NCBI GenBank assembly: GCA_965112735.1
Contig: OZ218951.1
Coordinates: forward strand, 3,534,001 to 3,598,000
DNA: 64,000 nucleotides
Direction of reading: 5' to 3'
Origin: Phaeosaccion multiseriatum
Lineage: Eukaryota; Protista; Ochrophyta, other classes
The notes under the pieces are model-generated. The model saw only the letters and a list, made by a program, of their open reading frames with translations, was not told where the DNA came from and searched no databases. Made by a program: the position numbers and the translations under genes. Every line of letters begins with the position of its first letter. Positions within the stretch are counted from its first letter, which is position 1. This document shows, piece after piece, positions 26,847-39,084 of this stretch.

Positions 26847-28161
26847 GGAGGAGGAGGAGGAGGAGGAGGAGGAGGAGGAGGAGGAGGAGGAGGAGGAGGA
26901 GGAGGAGGAGGAGGAGGAGGAGGAGGAGGAGGAGGAGGGGGAGGAGGAGGAGGAGGAGGAGGGCTGCTGGGGATGGGTAGGGCGGGAGCGGAGGCATGTG
27001 ATTCGGCAAGCATACATGCGCGTGTTTAACTCAACTTTCTATCCCTCCCTCCCTCCCTCCCTCCCTCCCACCCTCCCCGGACCCCCGCCAGACACCCTGA
27101 GCCAGCCCGAGAACAAGCTCTTCATAATGGAGCTCTTCCTGCATGGAGCGGACGTTTCAAACCCCGTCAAGCCGTTTCATGTGTCGCAAAAGTGGGCGTA
27201 CCTTATCATGGAGGAGTTTTTTGCCCAAGGGGACAAGGAGAGAGAGGCAGATCTCCCCATTAGTCCCATGTGTGATAGAAACTCCGTCAACATTCCAATG
27301 CTGCAGGTGCGTGAGTGCGCGAGTGCGCGAGTGTGCGTGTGTGTGCGCGTGTGGAGTGAGGCTCTGAATGATTGAGCTTGTGCGCGAGTGTCGAGATCCT
27401 GGCGTGGGCAGCTTGACTTTTCCAGTCCTGCCCGAAGGGGTTTTGTCCTGTAGTTCCCGTCCCTTCACGCACGGGCAAGAGCGCTCGCTCGCTGACCTCT
27501 CTTCCTCTCTCTCGCTGTCTCTCCCTCGCTCTCGCTCTCGTCCTCTCTCTCTCTTCCTCTCTTCAACTCTCTCGCTCTCACCCCCCCCCCCTCTCTGTCT
27601 TCCTCTCTTTCCCCCCTTCTCACTTGTCTAGATGAACTTTCTGGAGTTTGTGGTGGCACCACTGTACATCCAGCTGGCCTGCCTCTTCCCTCCACTCGAC
27701 CCTCTGCTGGATACCCTACTGGAAAACCAAAAGGAGTGGGCAAGCAAGCGAGAGTACGACCTGAGGTGCGAGCCCAAACTCGACTGTCAAGTCAGGACAA
27801 TCGGTTGACTGTCGAGTTTGGGGCCATGCCTCTTCTGGGGGACCCTCGAGCTTGGGCTGACGTCAAGACTACTTACCCGCCTACGCCTCTCTTGTTTGCG
27901 ACAGTCGATGTGCAGAGTCAGGAACATTGGTGTCTCCTACCGGCTCTGTGCCTGAGTCATCCCCGGGGACTGATCAATGACCCCACCACCCGCCGCCCCC
28001 CCCCGTCCTGACCACCCCCCAATGTTCGTTCTATCAAAAGGAAATCCATGAAGCGAGGTCCTGAGGCGGACAATAGTGAGAGTGAGGAGCAAGTACTCAA
28101 CCTCGAGACTCGTATCAAGACCCTCGGGGCCAAGCTGCGCCCCCCCGCCGTGGACGCGTAG
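20736..28161 (+). CDS. Class I 3',5'-cyclic nucleotide phosphodiesterase with N-terminal 6-TM voltage-sensor-like region
   Basis: Catalytic motifs NPYHNFLHAIDV (25131-25226), AAIGHDIGHFGLN, NDVSPLENMHC, ILGTDMSHH, LHGADVSNP...W...EEFFAQGDKE...ISPMCDR and QMNFLEFVVAPLY. Upstream exons, joined by in-phase GT-AG junctions where checked, encode TM helices and an R/K-x-x repeat. Confidence 0.85.
23985..24508 (+). repeat. Intronic (CACACCT)n heptamer array with a recurring higher-order unit
   Basis: Visible tandem array. The block CACATCTCATACCTCAC...CACCTTGCCTCACACCTTTTG recurs four times. Confidence 0.95.
26450..26962 (+). repeat. Intronic (GGA)n/(AGT)n trinucleotide tract
   Basis: Visible tract between the donor GAGCTAG|GTGAGA and the acceptor near 27090. 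Confidence 0.95.
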
Positions 28162-29160
28162 CACCAGCAGCAGTCGAGTACACGAGCGGCGCCGCTGCAG
28201 ACACAGAGCGCACAAAATGGACAGAAGAGAGAGAGAGCTAGTGCGGAGCTTGTAATCGACCCTCCTTGACTTGATGCGGAGCGAACGTGCCAAGGTATCA
28301 TGGACAGGAGCGAGCGAGCGGAGTGTATGCAGCAGACAGGGCGCCCCCCGCCCTTGCTTGCTCTCTTCGGCTCTCTCGCCCATCTAGGCGCGAATTGGTG
28401 AGCAAGGAAGGGCAGAAGCAAGAGCGTGCTGCTGCCTCTCGCCCCACTCTTGTGCTGCCTTCTGACTCCTGCCCCCCCTCATTCGCGCCTCAGACGCGAG
28501 TGGGTATGCAGGGCAGCTAGTACGAGCCATGGAGGAGGATGGCAATGGGGGGGGGGCGGGGGGGTTGGAGGCCATGTATGCTTGCTTGGAGAGACGCTCC
28601 ATGGTAGTGCAGCTTGCTCGGGGTAGCTAAGCCAACAGGACACGCAAGCGGCAATCGACACTGTCCACACAGAAGGAAGGAACCCTCTACAGGTGGTGGA
28701 CAGTCGGACAATCGAACAATCGAACAGTAGAGTAGACACACATGCTCAATCAAGCTCACAAGGGGGCAGGGAAAGACTCAGCACTGGACCGGTGAGGCCC
28801 CCACCTGACCCCGTCCTAGGACCCTGCCAGCCTCGGGCCCGGTGCCTCACTCGAAGTGGTGTGGTTCGGGTCGAGATGAGAGAGCCGTGCGGAGGGGCGA
28901 GGTTTGAAATGGTCAGCCTCTTTCCATCATGTACATGAATACACCTGAGACACACGCTTTGCATTATTATGTACATTGTGCACACATAAAGGACATTAAA
29001 ACACGCATGAGCCCCCTCGTTCCGCTATGTACATTCCGTCACGTACATTCCGTTCTGTACATTCTGAGTATTCCTACGATGCCATGTCCCCACTTTCCTA
29101 CCTGCCCACCTCCCTTTTCTATCTCCCCACCCACCCACCCACCTAGCTATTCGTGGCTGC

Positions 29161-32100
29161 CTAGGCCTGCAGGCTCTTGAGCTCTCCGGCCAAGCACGTC
29201 TCTAAGCGTTGTAGGTCCATCCCCTGCTCACGCGGCAGCGCGCACCGAAGCTTCTCCAAGGGGGTCATCCCATTCTGCAGAGGCGGGTCGTCCTCACGGC
29301 TGCTGCTGCTGGTGCTGTTGCTGCTGCTGTTGCTGCTGCTGTTGTTGGTTCTGCGGTCGAGGCCGAAACCAACTTCGACGTCGACATTGGTATCGAGGGC
29401 GTGCTTTTCTAGCTTGGGCCAAAAGAGCCTGCTCAACACCTCCATCCGGAAACCGCAGTCAATCCACACCGCTCCCATCAACGCTTCCACGACGTCGGCG
29501 AGATGCTTGGGCACTTGCGGCAAATGCTCAAACTCTGCCGTGCCCCCCCCCTGCAACTGCTCGAGGTAGGTATTCATACCGCTCATCACAGATGCGTCGG
29601 CGCGAATGTACCGCTGCAGCTCCAGCCACTCTACCCCAACCTCGGCCAGGGTAGAGTTACTCACACAAGCACTCTCCTTGACGGTCATGAGGTGGGGGTT
29701 GAGGGCCTTGTACCGCTCGGGGCGGGTGAAGAGATGCACCACTACGAGGTAGGACAAGAGGGCGTCGCCGAGAAACTCCATGCGCTGGTAGTCCTGCACC
29801 TGTTGAGGGGAATGATGGAAAGCAGCCCAGCAGCGTAAGCCTACTTGCTTGCTTCTCCCTCCTTGCGCGCGCGTGTGTATGTACGCGTGTGTGTGGGACA
29901 CTTGTAACTGACTCATCACCACCCACCTTCACAACGCCTCCACCATCTCCGCCGCCGCCGCCGCCGCAGGTCTTCCAAGTGGGTCGATGGACGGTAAAGG
30001 AGCTGTGAGTCACAGCTTGCAAGAGGAGCCACTTGTTTCGGAAGGAGTAGCCCAGCGCTCTCTCCAGAGGCTCGAGGCTTGCCGTCTCCTCGACGTGCGG
30101 GGCTGTGGAGGCAAAGTCCTCAGGAATGAGGGCTCCAGGCGGCAGGGCCATCAGCTGCTGTGCCCACTCCTCCCCTCCCTTGAGCGGCCACGATGCCTTT
30201 CCAGTGGCCACGGGGCGCGACAGCGAAGAAGAGGAGGAGGAGGAGGCGGAGGAGGGGGCGGATGGGGAGTTGAAACCTGCCACAACGGGCATGTCCAGCC
30301 ATCGCAGCACCGCCTGTGGGCCCGCCTCTCCGCTCTGCATGACGCAGACTCCAAGCAAGGCCTCCACGGTGTCCGCCACGCCCTTCCACCGAACCACAGT
30401 CTCTTGCCGAGGAGGGCCAATGCCCGAGGGCCTCCATACATCAAAGGGGCAGCCCAGTAAGCTGGGAGTGGGGTGGATGAAGCGCTGCAGGGAGCGGCGT
30501 TTGGCGTCTCGGCACAAGCGCGCATTGCAGACAACATTCTGCCGATACTGCGGAAGGACGGAAGGAAGGGGTGGACACATCGTACAGGGGCAAGAGGAAG
30601 GTGTGTGGACACATGGGGGAGAGGGGAGAGAGGAGAAGAGAAGGGAGAACGGGATATGAAAGAAAGAGCGTGAGAACCGCAGCCCCTCCCCACCTTACAA
30701 AACACCCCTCGAGTCAGTTCCGGCAGTCAGGCAGTCAGTCAGTCAGTCCAGCGAGTCCAGCGAGTCCAGTCAGTCAGCCCAGTCAGTCACTCAGCCCGGT
30801 CAGTCCAGTGAGTCCAGTGAGTCCAGTGAGTCCAGTCAGTCAGTGAGTCCAGTGAGTCCAGTCAGTCAGTCAGTTAGTCAGTCAGTCAGTCAGTCAGTCA
30901 GTCAGTCAGTCAGCCCAGTCAGTCACTCAGCCCGGTCAGTCAGTCAGTCAGTCAGTCAGTCAGTCCAGTGAGTCCAGTGAGTCCAGTGAGTCCAGTGAGT
31001 CAGTCAGTCAGTCAGTCAGTCAGTCAGTCAGTCCAGTGAGTCCAGTGAGTCCAGTGAGTCAGTCAGTCAGTCAGTCAGTCAGTCAGTCCAGTCAGTCCAG
31101 TCAGTCCAGTGAGTCCAGTGAGTCCAGTGAGTCAGTCAGTCGGTCAGTCAGTCAGTCACTCACTCACTCACTCACTCAGTCCAGTCAGTCCAGTCAGTCA
31201 GTCAGTCAGTCACCCAAGCAATCAGTCAGTCAGTGCAGTGCAGTCAGTCCAGTGAGTCAGCTCAGTCAGTCAGCCAGCCAGTCAGCCCAGTGAGTCAGTC
31301 AGTCAGTCAGTCAGTCACCTTGGTCATTGCCCCCTCCTCCAGCAGCGCGGGCCTCGACTGATACATGAGCACAGTGTAGTAGAGCTTCAGCCACGCGTCC
31401 CCTAGGGTCTCGAGCCGCTCGTTGGCAGGCCGCCGGAGTCCCTCCTCCCACTGCCCCACCGGAATTGTTGCAAGCGGCTTCTCGACGAGGCCGGTGCTAC
31501 CGGGTACGTGAGGGAAATAGCGCGATATGTCTTGACCCAGCTTGGCGGCCAGCAGCCACCTCTCGAGCCGAAACAGCAGGGGCAGCAGCTCTCGGCAGGC
31601 CAGCAGGAGGCGCTTGGAGGGCGTGCGGAGGGGAGTGCAAAGGCTCGGGACCATAAGGTCTGTGTCTGGGCACCGCGCTGGGCTGGCCTGCGTTCCACCC
31701 GCCATACCCCCGCCCCCCTCGTCCTCCTCCTTCTCCTCCTCCTCCTCCTCCTCGTCGTCGTCGTCGTCGTCGTCTCCGAATGTCTCCTTCCCAAGCAGAG
31801 GAGCGTACACGGCTCTGAACACGTGGCTCGCCTGCACCACGCGCCTACCCAGAAACAGCGGCTCGTCCCGGTCGGCCCCTGACACTGCCGCGGTCATGCT
31901 GTGGTTGCTGGCGTCCCCTCCGCGATGCACCACACATGCCCGTGGCTCTTTGCTGTCCCCGACCTTGCTGCTTCTGGGCGTGAGCCCCACCCGCTCCATC
32001 CCGATCCCAAACTTGCCGTCCGCCCTGCTCGCCTCAAGGTACTCCCCCAGCGTCAGAGAGTGGGGTAGCGTGTCCAACTCAAACACCCGGTAGCGCGTGC

Positions 32101-35100
32101 GCCCCACTCGAGCCTTGACGAGCAAGCCCTCCTGCAGATTGCCGCCCCTGAGGCTGAGGACGTCTGCGGCTGTCGCTTGTGCTGTGCCTTGTGCTGTAGG
32201 AGGAGTCGCCAGTAGCCGTGTGACGATATCCCAGGCAACGGTCGCCTTCTTGCCCGCAACCAGCGGGACGGCCATGAGCGTGACTGCGCTGCTCTCCTCC
32301 TCCTCCTCCTGCTCCTCACCACCAGCAAGGGGCCCACTGCCGTGATGGTCTAGCGCCTCCGTGCAGAGCACTCGATGGCACTGCAGGAGCTGTCGGAGCT
32401 GCTCCGCGGTGAGTTGCGACTTGCGCTCGCCCACAATGCCGAGGTGAGTCTTGGCGGCCTCGTCCAGAGGGAGGTGGTTCGCCACCACCAGCCCCACGAG
32501 CAGGCAGGAGGAGAAGGAGGGAGAGGGAGGAGACGATGACGACGACGAGGATGCTGGGCAGGACGCTCCAGGAAAGGCTACTGCTGCCGCTCCGTACTGG
32601 TACACGGTGACCTGCAGGCCTTTCTTCTGTCTCTTGGGGGCAGGGGGGGAGCAGGAGGAGGGGGCCGCTCCTCGCCCCATGTCCAGCGACCCCAGGAGGC
32701 CGAGGCTGGTGCCGTCAGGGCGGGGAAGGGGCACTGGCCTTTGTGACTCTTGATCGTCTTTGAGGGTCGCGTCGTACCCGGGGAGGGACGTCAGCTCCAC
32801 CCTCTCCGTAACACTCACGGGCACGAGCTTGTCGCTCAGGTAGCCCGCTTGGTGCAGCTCCGCGCATGCGATCACTGCAGCCACTGCTCGGGCTTCAGCC
32901 TTTTTGTCGCACACCGGAAAGACGAAATCCGCCCCCAGCACATTTTGTGCTTGCTGCTGCCCCCCCCCTCCTGTGCTGCCCCCCTCCCTCCCCCTCAAGA
33001 TTCTCTCCCGGATGAAGTTGGGATACTTGACCTCGGCCTCGAAGGGAAACACCATGCTGGGCCACCCAAAGCGAGGGAGCAGCGACGAATCGATGCTTTG
33101 CAGGGTGTCGTTGAGCAGAGACACGGAAATGTCCGGGTCCAAGGTGGCGTCCTTCCCGATACGAATCTAAGAGGGAGGACAAAGGGGAGCCCAAAGATGA
33201 TTGTTCAAGCACCACGGAAATCCACCCAATCCACCCACCCACCCACCCACCCACCTTGAGGTGCGGGAACTTGTCCTTGAGGGGCGTGGTGGTGTCGAGC
33301 TTCTCAAAGTCCAGGTCGTTGCGGCGGATCAGCTCGGCGTCTAACAAGAGGCCATCCACGCGATCGCGCTCCTGTGCCCACTCGTCTTTAGGAACCATGA
33401 CAATGTAACGCCCGCCTTTGCGACGAACGCGGCCTCTGCTCAGGGGAGGGGGGGTGGGGCATGAGGGGGCATTTTCGTCTGCTTCGTGGTACTTGATTCG
33501 TCGCAAAAAAGCCGAGAGACCAAAAGACCAACTACCTACCCGCCCACCTGGTGTGCATGAGCTTTCTGGCGGACTGGATTGCGTCGAACGACACACAGAG
33601 GCTGCACTCTGGCACGTCAATTCCCTCCGCACACGCATCCGTGGTCACGAGCACCCGGACATGTCCTTCGCGGAAGGCTCGGAGCACTGCTCCTCCTCTG
33701 TTCCCTGCGGTGTCGCACTCGAGCTGTTGGCTGCTATCATCCTCCTGATGCCTGCTGGATGCGACTAAGCCTGTCTTTCCCTGGCCCATGATGAAGCCAC
33801 ACAGCACGCCGTCTCTTGTCTTGCCCTCGTTCAATGCGTGCTGCAGTACGTGGCATAGACCTATGGCAGTGTCCCTTCGCTGCACAAACACCATGCATCG
33901 GAAGGAGCCCAATGAAGCATCCCCTCGTCTGCACCTCTCGTCCTCGTTGCTGCCTTGTCGTCTGTGCTCGAGCCTCGATGAGTGCATCGCGTCCTGAAGA
34001 GTCTCCACCAAGGCAATCAGCTTGTGAGAGGCGCTGGCCATGATAAGAGGAGGGCTCGATACGCCCCCCCGTCCTGTGAGCACCAAGTGCTCCAACCATC
34101 GAATGAATCCCGAGATGCGCTTGAAGAGCGTGGGGTTGATGAAATGCATGAGCACATTCTGGTGCCCCTCGTACAGGTCCTGCATGAGCAGGGTAAGGTG
34201 CCGGACCGCCCCCCACAGACCCAGCTCGTCGTAGCTGCGCAGCACGGTGGGGAGACACGTCCGTTCGGCGTCTCGGGCCACGCTACCGTACACATGGGGC
34301 GACAGAGCGAGTCGGGCAAGCTGCTCCAGCAAGCCCCTCCTCGCAGTCCACCTCTCGCTGTCTCCTGCCCGCCCGCCCGATGCATACTCCACATACTGCA
34401 GCGGCGCCACGGCCGCAAAGGATTTGATGATTTGGTGGTCGGCGTCGCACACTGACATGACAGAAGGGGTTTCAGTTATTTCAGTTCCAACTCCCTACAC
34501 ACGCAACCACGCACGCACCATAAGCGACGCAGCTCAGGGCGCGCACGCACTCAGGAGTAGGGGAGGCCGTCATGCCGAAGACGCGGGGTGTCTCCATGCC
34601 TTGGCAAGCGCAACACAACACGGATGGAGAGGATGGCGGCACATTACCACATTGTCAGCGCAAAACCCTAGGTGATGAGAGCCCCACAGTACCTTTGGAT
34701 CGCAGGTCTGACAGCACGGAGCCAAGCTTTGCGTAGGGGTGCTTCTTTCTTGCCTGGTGGCACTCGTCAAAGATGAGGAGGCCAACGTCAGCCATACTCA
34801 GGATATGGTCCCCCCCACTGTGCACGAGCTTGAGGAAGGTACCAGGAGTCACGACCATGACGTCGCACTCCAGAAGCTCTGCCTTCCACTTGGCGGCGTT
34901 CCAGGTGTCCAGCTCGCGCCCCACCAAGTCTCTGAGAAGGCGAGGCAGGCAGAGGTTGGCGGTGTGGGGCGGACCGGCAAGCAATGTGCTCTTACTTGGT
35001 CGGGATGCGCGTCTTTTCGAAGACTCTGCTGGCCTGCTGCTTGACAAGCTCCTGCGTGGGCGCAAGAAAGACGCACCATCTGCGCCCGCCCCCGACCTGC

Positions 35101-35393
35101 CGCTCCGCGTGGGGATGTGAGCGAAAAAAGTCCTGAATCAGCAAAATTGCCACCTGAAGGAGACAAGAGAGAGACATGTGGGAGAGAGGAGGGGGAGAGA
35201 GCGCGACAAGGACTCTTACCAAGGTCTTCCCAACACCCGTGTCTCCAACCTGAGGGGGGGGGAGCAGCAGCAACAAAATCAGATGAGGCAGAGCTCAAGG
35301 CGAAAGAGGAGAGACAGTGTAATACGTTACCATGACGACATTCTGGGTTCGCGCAAGTTCGAAGGCCTCGTCCTGGTAGAACCTTGTCTCCAT
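29161..35393 (-). CDS. DCL: Dicer-like protein: DExD/H helicase, helicase C, dimerisation-like region, divergent PAZ, RNase IIIa and RNase IIIb
   Basis: METRFYQDEAFELARTQNVVM|VGDTGVGKTL, FLAPTQELVKQQ, LLIFDECHQARKKHPY, CMVFVQRRDTA and LVTTDACAEGIDVPECSL. RNase IIIa: NERLETLGDAWLK...ADTVEALLG. RNase IIIb: YQRMEFLGDALL...LADVVEALMGAVWID. Confidence 0.93.
30712..31318 (+). repeat. (CAGT)n/(CCAGTGAGT)n microsatellite filling a Dicer intron
   Basis: Visible tandem array ending at the minus-strand donor (CAC at about 31316-31318). Confidence 0.95.
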
Positions 35394-35589
35394 TGGGGGG
35401 AACAAAACGTGTTATATTTGTAGGGTGGGGGGGGCGCTGAAATTCACGTGTTGGACATCCGGTGGCTCACAGGTAGGTTGGCATGGCTGTTGATGAGAGC
35501 GATGGCGTTTAGGGGGTTGGTCAGAACCTGCTCCTCCTCCTCCTCCTCCATTGGCAGGAACAGAAGAGGACTCGCAGCAGTGGTCCTGC

Positions 35590-36925
35590 TACTCTACTGG
35601 GGGAAGTGACAAGTCGAGGGTGGCGTCTACTCTGGAGCGCGCACGGCGGGAGGGCATCAAGCCCAATGTGTTACTGTATGAGTGCTGCGATTATTACCGC
35701 GATTGGGAAGTGCGGCCGGTGGAAGGGCGCTTTGAGACTTCTGGCTGAGATGAAGGCAGAAGAACAACGCCACCATTACCGCGTACATTGGGTTTACTGA
35801 GGGAGATGAAGGCAGAAGGACTCGCTCCAGACGCAATCAGCTACAGCTCCACCATTGACGCATGCGCCAAAGCCAACCAACACGTGGAGGCCTTGGGTTT
35901 ACTGTTTACTGAGGGAGATGAAGGCACAAGGAGTCGCCCCCAATGCAATCAGCTACAAGGCCAGCCAATACGTGGAGGCATTGGGTTTACTGAGGGAGAT
36001 GAAGGCAGAAGGACTCGCCCCCAATGCAATCAGCGCCAAAGCCAACCAACACGTGGAGGCCTTGGGTTTACTGAGGGAGATGAAGGCACAAGGACTCGCC
36101 CCCAATGCAATCAGCGCCAGGGCCAGCCAACATGTGGAGGCCTTGGGTTTACTGAGGGAGATGAAGGCAGAAGGACTCGCTCCAGACGTAATCAGCTACA
36201 GCTCCACCATTAACGCATGCGCCACAGCCAACCAACACGTGGAGGCATTGGGTTTACTGAGGGAGATGAAGGCAGAAGGACTCGCCCCCCAATGCAATCA
36301 GCTTCAGCTCCACCATTGACACATGCGCCAAAGCCAACCAACACGTGGAGGCCTTGAGTTTACTGAGGGAGATGACGGCAGAAGGACTCGCCCCCCAATG
36401 CAATCAGCTACAGCTCCACCATTAACGCATGCGCTAGGGCCAGCCAACATGTGGAGGCATTGGGTTTACTGAGGGAGATGAAGGCATAAGGACTTGCCCC
36501 CCAATGCAATCAGCTTCAGCTCCACCATTGACACATGCGCCAAAGCCAACCAACACGTGGAGGCCTTGAGTTTACTGAGGGAGATGACGGCAGAAGGACT
36601 GCGCCACCATTGACGCTCTGCAGGAGGGCGGCGACGAGGAGGCTGCTGACGACCTGTACGCAGAGGCCGTATGGCAAGGGGTCTTGAATCACTGGAAGAA
36701 AGGACTTGCACAACTTCACCAGGGGCACGAGCAAGGCAGCGCTTCGTCACGTGCTCTCAGAGGCGAAGCCGGGGGCTGAGATCAAGGTCGTCACAGGCCG
36801 AGGCCGACGCAGCCCGTGGTGCTAGCCTACTTGCAGGAGAGGCCGGGCGTTGACGTGTGGGAAGACAGACACAACCCGGGGATGGTGGTGATGCGGGTCG
36901 GTGGAGGAGGGCAGTATATCATAGG
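35590..36925 (+). pseudogene. PPR-SMR gene with frameshifts (pseudogene or sequencing errors)
   Basis: About nine near-identical units of the 35-aa motif EALGLLREMKAEGLAPDAISYSSTIDACAKANQHV, some internally deleted or frameshifted. These are followed by Smr-like motifs DLHNF...IKVVTGRGRRS...HNPG. Confidence 0.85.
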
Positions 36926-37686
36926 ATGTCTTTACTTCCCACTCATTCTTGTAACTAACAAAAGGATTGGCGTGTCCCATCCGTAGTTCCGTAAGCCCCA
37001 CCAGTTCGTGCCAGGAGCATGCAGCAGACGGGGAGTCTGCTCTCACCCCTCGACGTGGACGTACGTCTGTGCTGGGGTGGTGGTGGGTTCGGGTGGTAGG
37101 TGGTGGCTTTGACCTGTGGCATAGTCCTTGGCGGGCCTGCTCGTGCTGTTGGTGCGACTGTCTGCGCTCCCTCGCTAGGAGGTTCCTTGCGCGGCCCACA
37201 GCTCTCCTATAACAATTAGACTACTAGACAAGTGTATTAATACAGCTTAACCCGAGAGCAAGCCTGCTGGCCGCTCTGTCCTTACACAACCAGGCTGTGA
37301 GAGAGGAACCCGAGCTCCTGACGTGCCTCAGTAATTCACAGATCACAAAAATATGGGAGGCAAAGTCACCTCCGCTGTGGTCTGTCAGGGAGGGAAGAGG
37401 CACAGGAGACCAAGTGACAAAGCCCGTCCCACTACAGAGGCTACGTAGGCGCGCGCGGAGAATGTGTAATGGATTGTTTGGGTTGACTCTTTACTCGTGA
37501 ACCTTGTTTTTAGAGTCGGGGAGGTGTGCTTTCTTCTCTGCTGACACTGTGCACGACCTAAGGCCCTCTCTCAGCCCACTCAGAGGCCTTTCTACGGTTT
37601 TTTCGCCTTCTACGGTTTCGACATGTTGGTATGAGAGAGGTCATACTTCTACTCCTGCAGCGGTTGCAGGTGACACCCCCCTACAT

Positions 37687-37896
37687 CGCCATTTGCTGCC
37701 ATCCCGACTGCCTACAGTACTCGGCGGCCTCAGCTGACAGAAAATGCTGCTGCTGCTGCTACTTTGCCACCTGCTGGCTGCCATCCCGGCTGCCTACAGC
37801 AGCCCCACTGCTGCTGCGACCTCGCCATTTGCTGCCATCCCGACTGCCTACTCAGCAACCACTACCTCGCCATCTGCTGCCATCCCGACTGCCTAC
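37687..37896 (+). repeat. Four copies of a ~29-bp motif (CGCCATTTGCTGCCATCCCGACTGCCTAC) with unequal linkers
   Basis: Copies near 37687, 37766, 37823 and 37868. Confidence 0.85.
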
Positions 37897-38701
37897 TGTA
37901 CTCAGCGGCCACGGCTGACAAAGAGCCATCTAAGATGTGGGACAGCCAGCCACACCCCCCCCCATTGTATGTGTATTAGCTTTCCTTTATATCTCTCTCT
38001 GAAGAGTTTCCTCGTTCTCCGTCGCTGGATATAGACGATGCGAAGGAGAGGTAGGCGGATAGGAATAATGTGTGTATGCGTCAGTCGGTAGTCGTACAAG
38101 ACTGGCAAGGACTGGGGCAATACGAAGCCGCAGCGGTCAGTTGACAGCGTGCAGCAATAGGGAGCTTGAGGCTCGTGAGACGCCAGTGGCCGAGGCGAAT
38201 GACAAACAGAGAGCAAGCAAGCGATGGAACCGAAGAGGGGAGGGCGACACTCGATAGTGCAACCTTACCTCGAGGCATTTGGCAGAGAGGGATGTTGATT
38301 TGGCCTACTTTGGTCTGTTTTATCTGGTTGTGAGCACTAGCTAGTTGTGCCCCTAGTCCCCGAGGGGGGAAGATAAGCGTGGCATGATTGACTGCAAGTT
38401 GCGAGGGAGGGTGGAAGGAACGAAGGGAGGGTGGGAGGGAGGGAGGGGGAGAGGGAGGGAGGGAGGAAGGGAGGGTGGGAGGGAGGGAGGGAGGGAGGGA
38501 GGGAGGGAGGGAGGGAGGGAGGGAGGGAGGGAGGGAGGGAGGGAGGGATGGAGGGAGGGAGGGAGGGAGGGAGGGAGGGAGGGAGGGAGGGAGGGAGGGA
38601 GGGAGGGAGGGAGGGAGGGAGGGAGGGAGGGAGGGAGGGAGGGAGGGAGGGAGGGAGGGAGGGAGGGAGGGAGGGAGGGAGGGAGGGAGGGAGGGAGGGA
38701 G

Positions 38702-39041
38702 TCGGCCCCAGACTGGCCTAGAAGCCTAGGCCTAGAGACGAAATTCGGCCGGCCTAGGGGGGCCGCAGGCCCCCGGCCTAGGCCTATTTTTGGCGCAGCC
38801 CCCCCGGCCTAGCTAGGCCTATCGACCCTGGACAAGATTACGGTGCTGCGCCGGCCGTAATCAGTAATCAGATAATCTTGTCCAGGCAGGGTCGACTCCC
38901 TCCCTCCCTCCCTCCCTCCCTCCCTCCCTCCCTCCCTTCCTTCCTCCCTCCCTCCCTCCCTCCCTCCCTCCCTCCCTCCCTCCCTCCCTTCCTCCCTCCC
39001 TTCCTTCCTTCCACCCTCCCTCCCTCCCTCCCTCCCTCCCT

Positions 39042-39084
<43 letters not shown>

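Noticed and set aside
26183-27029. Poly-Arg/Gly/Pro/Leu/Ser ORFs
   Set aside because: The (GGA)n tract lies in a PDE intron; only 26183-~26387 is exon.
37687-37896. CRISPR-like repeat-spacer array
   Set aside because: Linkers are very unequal (about 15-50 nt) and low-complexity, there are no cas genes, and the context is eukaryotic.
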